From the NCBI RefSeq assembly GCF_009914755.1, contig NC_060947.1: a stretch of DNA of 64,000 bases; one strand, given 5' to 3'. This document shows positions 48,767-59,626 of this stretch, in pieces. The DNA is from the human T2T-CHM13v2.0 reference genome, Homo sapiens. Below the pieces are notes generated by a model. The model saw only the letters and a program-made list of their open reading frames with translations, ran no database searches and had not been told where the DNA came from. Position numbers and translations under genes: made by a program. The first letter of the stretch is position 1. The number at the start of each line of letters is the position of its first letter.

Positions 48767-49180
48767 TGATATGAACAGGAGGCAGAGCCTCCTGTTGTAA
48801 TACTTGTAATTTTTGCACATTGATTTTGTATTTTGACACTTTGCTGAAGGTCCTTATTAGTTTAAGAAGCTTTCAGCTGAATAGCCTGAAACCAGGGCCT
48901 AAGTGAGAACTTAACATCTGCTTGAATTTTGCCTTTTCCAAAACCACCCATGGCCCACCTCACCTCCCATTTTCTACCTATAAAAACCTCAGGGTCAGCC
49001 AGCAGAGAAATGAGAAGCAGCTGGACATCAGAGACTATGGCTGGATGTCAGAGAGAAGCAGCTTGACTTCAGAGGGACAGCTTAATGGCATAACTTTAGA
49101 GAAAAATTTGGCCAGAGATTGCTAGACTTCAGGGGAATATTAACTTCTCACTCTGTCTCCTTTTCATCTCCTTTTTAAAA
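48767..49180 (+). mobile_element. LTR27/LTR28/MER52-like LTR 5' fragment, disrupted at 48784-48880
   Basis: Starts TGATATGAACAGGAGGCAG and contains CCTATAAAAACC and GAGAAGCAGCTTGACTTCAGAGGGACAGCTT. Family assigned from memory. Confidence 0.55.
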
Positions 49181-49181
49181 T

Positions 49182-49511
49182 GCTACCTAGAGGCTTTATC
49201 TGCATGATAAAACTGTGGTCTCCACAATCACTTATAACAACCCAGAAATTTTTTTCTGTTGATCCCAGGTGTTTGGATAAACTCAAACAGTTGTCAGCCA
49301 GAAAACTTCTAAATCTACCTATAACCTGGAAGCACTCCTCCTTCCATTTTGAGGTGTCCCACATTTCTGGACTAAACCAAAGTATTTTTAAAATACATTT
49401 GACCACATTAGGCACATGTTTCCAGGACCTCCTGAGGGCCATGGTCACTGATATATGTTTCAGAAATAATCTCTTTAAATATTTTACAGAGTTTAACTAT
49501 TTTCATCAACA
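49182..49511 (+). mobile_element. MER4-family LTR 3' half
   Basis: Reverse-complement homologue of 30582-30970; ends AAATATTTTACAGAGTTTAACTATTTTCATCAACA. Confidence 0.75.
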
Positions 49512-52500
49512 GAAGCAAGCAGAAACTCTCAGGAAAACAGAAATTTTTTTAGCAGCAAATTAAACCTCAGTCCCCAACTAAAAAATTTTGAAAGTTCAGG
49601 GATCTTTGGAGAAAGGAGGTCCCAGACCTCAGCAAATTGTTTTATCATTTTGAGCTATAAAGAGCCCAAAGCCAGTACCAAGCACCGATAGTGTTACTGA
49701 TGGAGGACGTTCAGCTTCTTGCTGTTTTGAACAAAGAATTAAGCCAAACACACAAACAAAGCAAGGAAAGAATGAGGCAAAAAAAGCAGCGATTTATTGA
49801 AAATGAAAGCACACTCCACAGAGTGGGAGTGAGCCTGAACAAGTGCCACAAGGGTCCAGTTATGGAATTTTGGGGGGCTTAAATATCCTCTAAAGGTTTC
49901 CCACTGGTTATTTGGTGCACTCCCTGTGTAAATGAAGAGGCTGAAGTGAATTTACAAAGTTATTCACTTTGTGTACACCCTATGCAAATGACGAGGATGA
50001 AGTAAGGTTACAAAGTTATTTACTTGGTGCACATCCTATGCAAATGAAGAGGATGTTTCCTTTCATATCTGAAGTAGAGTTACAAAGTTATATACTTGGT
50101 CTTATAAAGTTTGGGGTTTTCCATTTGATTTTGTTCTAGGAAGTCCTTAGGTTCCCTGCTTTGAGACCCTAATATCCTGCCTCATCTTCCCCCTGGAAAG
50201 ACATGATGCCTACAATTATGTGAGGAAGAGGGACCAATGGTCTTTATTCTGGAACTGCTTCATGCTGGCTTGGAGCATAGTCCTTACCTATTGGGGATCA
50301 TGGAACTCTTGTCCTGCTCTTTCTAGTGAAGACAGGGTAGCTTCTTGATAACCAGGGGTGATATCTTTACTTGGAACTGGCTGTAACCCTCATCACATGA
50401 TCATCTGAAGCTTGATGGTCTCTAGGTGACAGGAAATGAATTTGGTTAAAATATTTAAGGGAAACTTCAGGGGGTGGATACCTATGCTGTCAGGAATGTT
50501 TCTTATAGAGATTTGCAGGAGAAAAATCCTGGTCTGTTCTGAGATCTATGTGTTTCCTTAATGTCTTAGCATGAATGACTCCATTTCAGTTTGGTTTGGT
50601 CTGTTGGGGCCTAGCACATGAGCTCAGTCTAAAACAATGGCCTCTCATAATTTTGTTTAAAAAATTTCTCCCTTTCTGGTCAGGTTCTCACTTGTGCATA
50701 AAAGCTCTTGCATGAGAAAGCTTTTATACAACCAGAAAACATGCAGTGAAAATGAAAATTGAAATGTTCAAATGGCCCATCAGGTAGTCAAATGTACCCA
50801 GAGCTTTGATCATCTACCCAGAAATATGGATTTGACAAGGTAAACATTGATTATAAGCTATTTTAGCAATTTATCAGTACGCACACCAAAATATATTTAA
50901 TTTGGATCATTTTATCTTTCCATAGTGAGTCATGGAATGCATTACCTTTAATAAAAAAAAGCTTTTAAGACTTAGAAAAGATGAGGACATCCTGGTTCCC
51001 CATGAGAACTGTTCCCCATAACATTGGACTATGTCCTCTTGAATACTAGTGTTTTCTCCAATTTAGGTACATAGCACTGATAACTAATGAGTTAGCATAA
51101 GTAATTTGACTTAGAGGGGCCATGAAGTTTATTCAAATTATATAACCAAAAATTTCAGTATCAGTTGATTTCATTGAAAATCTGGCAAAGTATTTTCTTG
51201 GTATTCAATATTAATATCATTCACAAAAATATAACCTGAAGAAAATTAAACATTATTTTTTTATTTTAACAATGTTTCCACATAATTAAAAGTGTCAAAT
51301 AATCTTGTTTAACTCTTTTTTCATGCTCAGGGGACTTCTGTAGCATCTCAAAGTTAGAGGTCAGAAAAGACAATTTTGAAGCTGAAATTTGATTTTGGGA
51401 AGACTATCAAATATGTTAAATGTTTAAAACACTTGATATTATGACATTGAATTTCATATTACAATAAGTCATTCATTTAGCCAAAATGATGACTCAAAAA
51501 TTTTAAAAGGTCAAAACCTTTACTAATTGATAGAGGGAAGACTTAGTTTTCCAAACAATCTGTCTCTTATCTTCCCCCCCACCCTGCTTTTTTTTTTTTT
51601 TTTTGGTAGTTTATTCAAAAGGCAAAGAAAAATCTTTCATTATCTTTTAATTTTGGTGAAAAACCTGGTAAGTCATTTTAAATATGTACTAGGTGCCTAT
51701 AAGTTCTCACTATTTCCATCATAGCTAGGGGCGTGGCCAAGTTCACATGTCTTCAGTCCTTATGTAGCTGTAAAGCAGGCAAGTCAAACAATTTTTAAAA
51801 GCCCAAAGAAGCAGTTTATGACCTTAAAGCATTTAGCAAACTTAATATTCGACCAGCCTACTTTAGATCAAATGTCTTTATTTTACCAGTAAGTTTTAAA
51901 GCTGTTTTTAATTCCCAAAGATTACTAAAATCATGTGAACTAAAAGTCATTACAGCTTTTATTTTTCTTTCAAAATATTTGATTTAGATCAAATATGCTT
52001 ATTTTTCTTTAAGCCAATTAATTAGAGCTCTTTTATATAAACATTACACACATAACACACCTATAACTACACAGACAGAAGATCTAATAGTTGTAAGATT
52101 TTTCATTTGCCTGTTTTTTGATTGGATTACTGGCCTCAGGGTAGAGCCCTTCAAAAAACAGGGCTAGGAAAACATGTAGTTTCTAGGGTTTAATAAGAAG
52201 GCACAGCTGGAAGTAAAATACAGATCCCCAAAATTAAGGGTCCCATTTTTATACCAGATACTGGATCACAAAAAGAGGGAATCAGCCATCTTCCCTGGGA
52301 GTCTTCTCTCTCAGAGGGGATTGGAGAAATTTCCATAATTTCTAGGTGGTCAAGATCATGCTTCTCTAATCCAAATGTGCAAAGAGCTGAGTATCACCCA
52401 GATAACTGCCATTAGCCATCCTCAAAAGTGTATTTCCTACCTAATTATTACACACCAAAGCTCTCTCATAATGAGAAGTAATTTCGGATACTCCCCAACA

Positions 52501-54036
52501 AACTCAAGATCATCTGATAACACAATGCAAAACAGGACAGAGCCTTAGATTTTGAGAGGGATCTATCCACTTTTAAATACTAGAGTTTCATGAGGAAAAC
52601 AGAGAAAACAGAGGTTTTTCCAAAATGAGGTCTTATGGCACCTCATCTGTTTTTCTCAAGGAGTCCCAGGCTACCAGAAGTTATCTCAGGGCCTCAAATG
52701 TGTGCATTAAGAGTGACAAGACAAAATGGAAGAAAGTAATTCCGTTGACTGAGAAAAAAATTTTCCAGAAAAACAAGATCCAAGAAGAGAAAAAACCTTT
52801 TTAAATATACCTGTAGCTTGGATATCCACTTTTAATTAAGCTGATTTTAACCATGGCACTCTAAAAAAAAGAACTCTTTTAAGTCTCTTATTTCCCAACT
52901 TTAGCCACACTAAGTGGCCAATACTTCTGTCTTTTGAATGTTACCTAAGGTACTGTCCAAGGTGCTCAGAGAAAGACAATTTCAAGATAGTTCATGGAGG
53001 GGAAGAGAACAAACAAATGGTAAAGGTCACACAGATATCAAACCAGAAAGGACTCATTCCCCAAGCCAGGATTGAATCTGGGCCACCACTATAAAATGGC
53101 AAAGCCCCAGCTGCAGATCGGCAACATTGGGCATTCTCCACTGCCCTTCAGAGAAGGAGTCTAGAGTAGTTCATTATAAGCTTGTAAAGGCTTCCAAATA
53201 CTCAAGAAAATTTTTAGAGTTATGACATGAACCCCAAAATTCTTCTTCTGGATGGCAGAGACTAAGAGAAAGTACTTCCACATGGTTACAGGGTCAAGCT
53301 CCCAGGGACATAAAGCAAGATGGAGACCTCATCCAGTTATTTTTGTTTCAGCAAACTGCAGCAAAGTTTGTTACTGACTAGCCTGCTGTGTCATATTGAG
53401 CAGTGAGCTTATGGGGTCCTAAGACCGTATTCTCTCCTAAGGTACTCCTCTTCATGACAGAACAACACATAAAGACAAATTTATAGCACAAGATATACCA
53501 AATTTGCTGCAGCTTAAGACTAGCCTCAGAATTTCTTTTCACATTAATCAAAACTTTACGGAGGAGATAAACAGTAATTTTTACCATTCATTCGACCAGT
53601 TCACATAGAGAGAGAGGAGGCCAGAAGTCCAACTGGTAAGAAATTCTTACCTCTTTGCCAGCATGTCAGGTTTCTGGGTTCTCCTTCCTTGAGCAGCCCT
53701 AATGATCCTGCTTGACACTATGCAAACAAACACATTGCCATGTATTAAGAACATTCACAAATAGTTCTAAAATTTTGGAGAAATTAGGCACAGAGAAAGA
53801 TACATGACTCAAATTCTCTTTGTGAAAGTATACTCAATACACTTAAAGTATCAGGGAGCCTATTATCCAAAGAGTTACTTTAAGGTTAAAAAGCTGATGT
53901 GCTCCATCAATTCCAGCAGGCATGACAAAGGTAGCCTAGGAATTCCAGATAAATGGAACAAATGATGACTTGCTAGAAATGAATAAGAAAGAAAATAACT
54001 ATTCACAGAACCAAAGAGAAGCCTTCCACCAGAAAC

Positions 54037-54068
<32 letters not shown>

Positions 54069-54401
54069 AACAAAACAAAAAACCCATTGTTTTATATATA
54101 TGGATACACAAGCAAAACCCAGAGGAGAATAAGGAACAAATGAATAAAAGTCAGAAGCAAAAACAAATAAACAGGAAACCAATCCTAATTTTTTTTTTTT
54201 TACTCAATCTACCTTGGGGCTTACACTGTTACCCAGGGCCCCTCAAACCCACATAATGAATATTTTATTCCTGATACACAATTCAATATTCTTAAGTCGA
54301 CCAATATCACCATACATCCTGTGAAATCAAGAAATTCACTCTGGGCATGTGACCAATAAGTACTCCAGTGTCAGCATTATCTGTGCAAAACAGTGAACAT
54401 A

Positions 54402-54841
<440 letters not shown>

Positions 54842-56620
54842 TTAATCAAGACTAAAAGCTTTAACTATGAAAATGTTAATTAGCCAAATTTCTCCAACTC
54901 TATCAGATTTTAAAGAATATTTTATTATCTAAAGTTTTTCCACATCTTTCTCCCTTACTTACTGGTTCCTTACTACATTGTTTCATAAATAACCTTTTCA
55001 AATCTGTAATTTGAACTAACTTTTAAATAATTTCTGAATTAGAAAAAATATTCTTTTTCTCACTAATAACACAACACTTTATGGCACATTTTGCATACAG
55101 AATTGTGTGTTAACTAGAATTCTTATCATTAGTAACCTAAAACTTTAGTGAAACCCTAAAAAGCAAGAAATCCTGAACTATTAGATATAAGCATTTATAG
55201 ATAAGAACAATTTTACAATTTTAGAAACATTGTTCCTCATATCAGAGCCCTTTCTTAATTGGAAATGATCCAGATATTAAATGAGCATCAAAAATAATTT
55301 TAAGATTTTAATTTACAGAAAAAGTTTACCTAAAACTTTTATCCCATTCACTGTACTCAATTATTTTATTTTTAACAGTTTATCTAGATTGCTTCTGTAA
55401 ACTGAGATATTAGACACTATCATTTAAAGTTATTTTCTTGTTAACCATGTTATTAATAGCCAAAGAACATCAGATGCTCACCTAAACCTAAGAGGCTCAG
55501 AGTTAAATACATAGGTATTTTTGCCAGTAACTCAGAAGATTTAGCTAAAAACATTAAATTACTCTCATTTGTCAAAAAAAAAAAAAAAAAATGAAGGCAT
55601 GCAAACCAAGATCATTTTGTTTTGGTTAGATTTAGAGTTTTATAACCTTCTATGCTAAACCCTAACACCTCAAAATATCTGGCAGAGACCAATATAAAAT
55701 ACAGAAAAAAATTTATGCTGCCAATTCTCAAGGCATTTCTATTTTAATTTTACCAATAATTTTGAAACCAGCTCATTTAGTAAAGTTATACTTAAGTCAC
55801 ATGAACTTGAAAATTGCCTAGACTTATTTCATTTATGAGTGCTCTTTTACTTACAAGCCAATTTGGTAGATGCAATATATAAAAATAAGTATACTTACAA
55901 GTAAACACATCTAGACATGTATACACACACACAGATGAAGATCTAACAGCTTTTACCTCGTAACTCTAGCCATGAGATAGTAATACAAGCTCACTGCTTT
56001 TACTTTGTTTGCCCCAATAGCTAATCCAATGAAGGCTGTGAACCAAAGTTTTGGGTAAAGCAGTTCCCATGGCAGTTTTAATTTTAAAGGCCAAACCTCC
56101 TCAGACTCCAAAGAACACTGAGGTCAGTCCTTTGCTTAGAAGAGCAGCACAAAAGCCTAGATACATGCAACTTCATCTCACTTTTCCATTCAACAGCAAA
56201 CTCCAGATTCCAAACAGTATTGGTGCCAAACAGCATTACCAAAGTTGCCATTGTGATCTGTGAGAGAAAATTTTAGAAAGGGCTTAGTATTGGACCTCAG
56301 AATCTCTACCTAGGGCATCCCCTTTGGAGAGGTGAAGGTCTGGAGTTTGATCCCCCGGGGGCATCCCCTTTTGGGGTCCAGTATTACAGTGTCAGAAATC
56401 TCTGACTTTATGTGGGCACCGGTACCACTTCTTTTGTTTTCCCTTCAGAGGCAATGACTTTCTATGAGCTTTCCTTTGGTTCCTGGGTATCATCCCTGAC
56501 TTTTAGCATCCTTATAATTTGATAAGACCATGCTTTCCCATGAATCCCGTTTGACTACAGTGATAGCCATGAACTGTAATGATAGGAACTGGAGGCTGAG
56601 TGGGTTTTTTTTTTCTTAGC

Positions 56621-57706
56621 TATTGGGGGAACCCGCTCCCAATATTTCAACATAGGTTCTTTCTATTTTCCATAAGTGTTGGCCAGCAGAGAAATAAAAG
56701 GAGACAGTACAAAGAGAGGAATTTTACAGCTGGGCCACTGGGGGTGATATCACACCCCCGTGATGCCCACCTGAGTCTCAGACCAGCAAGTTTTTATTAA
56801 GGGTTTAAAAGGGGAGGGCGTGTAAGAACAAGGAGTAGGTACAAAGATCGCATGCTTCAAAGGGCAGAAAGAAGAACCACTAATAAGGGTCTAACAAAGA
56901 TCACATGCTTCTGAGGGAACAGGACAAAGGTCAAAAGCAGAACCACTGATAAGGGTCCAACAAAGATCACAGGGCAAAGGGCAAAAGCAGAACCACTGAT
57001 AAGGGTCTATGTTCAGCAGTGCACGTATTGTCTTGATAAACATCTAAAACAACAGAAAACAGGGTTCAAGAACAGAGAACCAGTCTGACCACAAATTTAC
57101 CAAGGCAGAGTTTTTCCCCACCATAGTAAACCTGAGGGTTCTGCAGGAGACCAGGGTGTATCTCAGTCCTTATCTCAATTGCACAAGACAGACATTCCCA
57201 GAGCAGCTGTTTATAGACCTCCCCCCAGGAATGCATTCCTTTCCCAGGGTATTAATACTAATATTCCTTGCTAGGAAAAGAATTTAGCCATATCTTTCCT
57301 ACTTGCACATTCGTTTATAGGCTTTCTGCAAGAAGAAAAATATGGCTCTTTTTGCCCGACCCTGCAGGCAGTCAGACCTTATGGTTGTCTTCCCTTGTTC
57401 CATAAAAATCGCTGTTATTCTGTTCTTTTTCAAGGTGCACTGATTTCATATTGTTCAAACACACATGTTTTACAGTCAATTTGTACAGTTAACACAATTA
57501 TCACAGTGGTCCTGAGGTGACATACATCCTCAGCTTACGAAGATAACAGGATTAAGACATTAAAGTAAAGACAGGCATAAGAAATTATAAAAGTATTATT
57601 TGGGAACTGATAAATGTCCATATTAAGGTGAAATCTTCACAATTTATGTTCCCCTGCCGTGGCTCCAGCCAGTCCCTCCATTTGGGGTCCCTGACTTCCC
57701 GCAACA
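56621..57706 (-). mobile_element. MER11 (HERV-K11/HML-8) solo LTR
   Basis: Minus strand starts TGTTGCGGGAAGTCAGGGACCCC. Internal AAAGATCAC...GCAGAACCACTGATAAGGGTC repeats. Perfect 6-bp TSD CTTAGC at 56615-56620 / 57707-57712, the betaretroviral TSD length. Confidence 0.93.
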
Positions 57707-58060
57707 CTTAGCCAGTCAAGTAGAGGAAGGGAAGAATTTAGCATAACATGAGAAGATTTAAATGACCTGAAATGCATGCAGGTTCACCCCGAAGAGCTGT
57801 GCCACATGTAGAGATCAGGAACCACAAACAGAAAAGATAGAAAAGAGTTCTTCCCCTTTCTGGGCAGAGCAACTTCTCCATTCACTCCTCGGCCTTCAGG
57901 CAACACAGGAGCATGGCCCTGGCCAGAAACCGGCAGTTACCTCCATGTTTAGGTGCTGCCCACCAAGGGTCCTGAGTTGGAAAGGAAAAGAGAGACAGAG
58001 ATTCCCCTGTATGGAGGAGAAAGAAAAAGGAGAAAAATAAACCCTAAACTTTGGGCTTAC

Positions 58061-58078
58061 TGCCTGGCTGGCTCACCA
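58061..58078 (-). other. Primer binding site, tRNA-Arg(ACG)
   Basis: Minus strand TGGTGAGCCAGCCAGGCA versus TGGCGAGCCAGCCAGGAG (15/18), 5 nt from the 5' LTR. Confidence 0.8.
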
Positions 58079-58634
58079 AAATATGTTACCAGTCGGGGGT
58101 GTCCAGGTTCCTGGTGTTTTGAACAAAGAATTGGACAAAATGTACAAAGAAATCTTGGAAAAAATGAGAAACAAAAGCAGAGATTTATTGAAAACCAAAG
58201 AACACTTTACAGGGTGGGAGTGGCCCGAGCAAGTGGCTCAAGGACCCAGTTATGGAATTTTCTGACATTTAAATATCCTTTATAGGTTTCCCATTTTTAA
58301 CTTGGTATACACCCTATGTAAATGAAGAGGCTGCAGTGAAGTTTCAAAGTTATTTACTTGGTGTACACCCTATACAAATTAAGAGGATGAAGTGAGCTTA
58401 TAAACTTATATACTTGATGTACACCCTATGCAAATGAAGCGGATGTTTCCTGCCATAGCTGAAGTTGAGCTACAAAGTTATTTACTTGGTCTTAGAAAGT
58501 TGTGGTTTTTCTGCTTGATTTAGTTCTAGGAAGTCCTTAGGTTCCCTGTCCCCAGCCCCTATTCTTCTGCCTCAATAGGAAAGCTGCTGCAGGACTTGGC
58601 AACCTTCACTCAGGATCCCTCTGTTGTTACCAGA

Positions 58635-59207
58635 TGTCAATCAAAGAAATAACCTCAAAGAGGTTTATTTCCCAAAGTTAAGTATGTATGCCTGGGACAC
58701 TGGTATATGCCTTTCTTCCAAGATGATTATGAGGGCTTCAAATTTAAAGGGGAAAGGGTGGAATATTGAGAAATACACAATTTTCATGTGAGAGGGTAGG
58801 AGGGGAAAATAGTCATTTATGTATTTGTCTGGCTCAGTGAATCTGCCTTTTTACATAAGATAACATAGACAATAGAATAGAGAAAAATAATAAGATATGT
58901 GTTTGTCTTAGGTGGGTAGAGGGACGACTTTTAGTTCTGTCCTATGTCCTCCATACCTGTGAAAATAAGCTATCAATTTACATTGCCATGGTGAACTTTA
59001 TCAGAAATGCTTTAGGCTAAAGATCTTGGGGCTCACAAAAAAATTTCCTTGTGGGCAAAATGTGAAGGAGGTATGTACCTTTTCATCTTTGTATCCATCT
59101 CATCTAGGAACAAAAGTTGGAGGCATGTTTGCATGACCCAGTTCCCTGCTTGACGTTTCCCTTTTGCTTAGTGAGTTTGGGGTTTCAAAATTTATTTTCC
59201 TTTCACA
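58635..59207 (-). mobile_element. MER4B-like LTR (5' LTR of the gag-pol-env provirus)
   Basis: Minus strand starts TGTGAAAGGAAAATAAAT and ends TTGATTGACA, followed by a PBS-like TCTGGTAACAACAGAGGGAT. Confidence 0.85.
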
Positions 59208-59563
59208 TTCCAAAGAAGTGCAAAGCAGCCTTCACAAGATTCAGAACCACTGATAAGATAGCTCAAAAAAGGGAAGTTTCACCAGCTCTAAGTGGATTAC
59301 AACTCACATTTCCATCTGGTCATATCTTCTAGCACCTATGCTTCTCAGTGAGCACCCAAGTATGAAGGTCCAAACTCTCCATATGCCCCATAGATGAAAA
59401 AAGCCAGGAAATCAAAAAGGATCAATGGAAGGGAAAATAATCAATAACAAATGAGTATCCCAAAAGTTCAAAAATTATACAAATGGGATTGGTTTTCTGA
59501 CCAGAAATGGATTCTGGGTGTTGGCAATGAAAGTACGGAATTCTAGCCAAAAGATAGAGTTGC
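59208..59563 (-). mobile_element. MER4-group ERV1 internal sequence, host segment 4
   Basis: Joins 32810 plausibly across the TSD (AAGGTGTCTCC|AAAGAAGTGCAAAGCAG) and contains a tRNA-Glu-like relic, as the two non-autonomous proviruses do. Confidence 0.55.
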
Positions 59564-59620
59564 TTTTTTTTCTTTTCTTTTTTTTTTTTTTTTTTTTTCT
59601 TTTTTGTGAATGCTCTCACC

Positions 59621-59626
59621 TTTATT
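59621..59626 (-). terminator. Polyadenylation signal of the NLRP2 retrocopy
   Basis: TTTATT on plus (AATAAA on minus), 15 nt from the genomic poly(A) tract. Confidence 0.9.

Noticed and set aside
49920-50100. Regularly spaced repeats (also 56840-57010 in MER11) as a CRISPR-like array
   Set aside because: These are contiguous tandem LTR enhancer repeats without unique spacers, in primate DNA with no cas genes.
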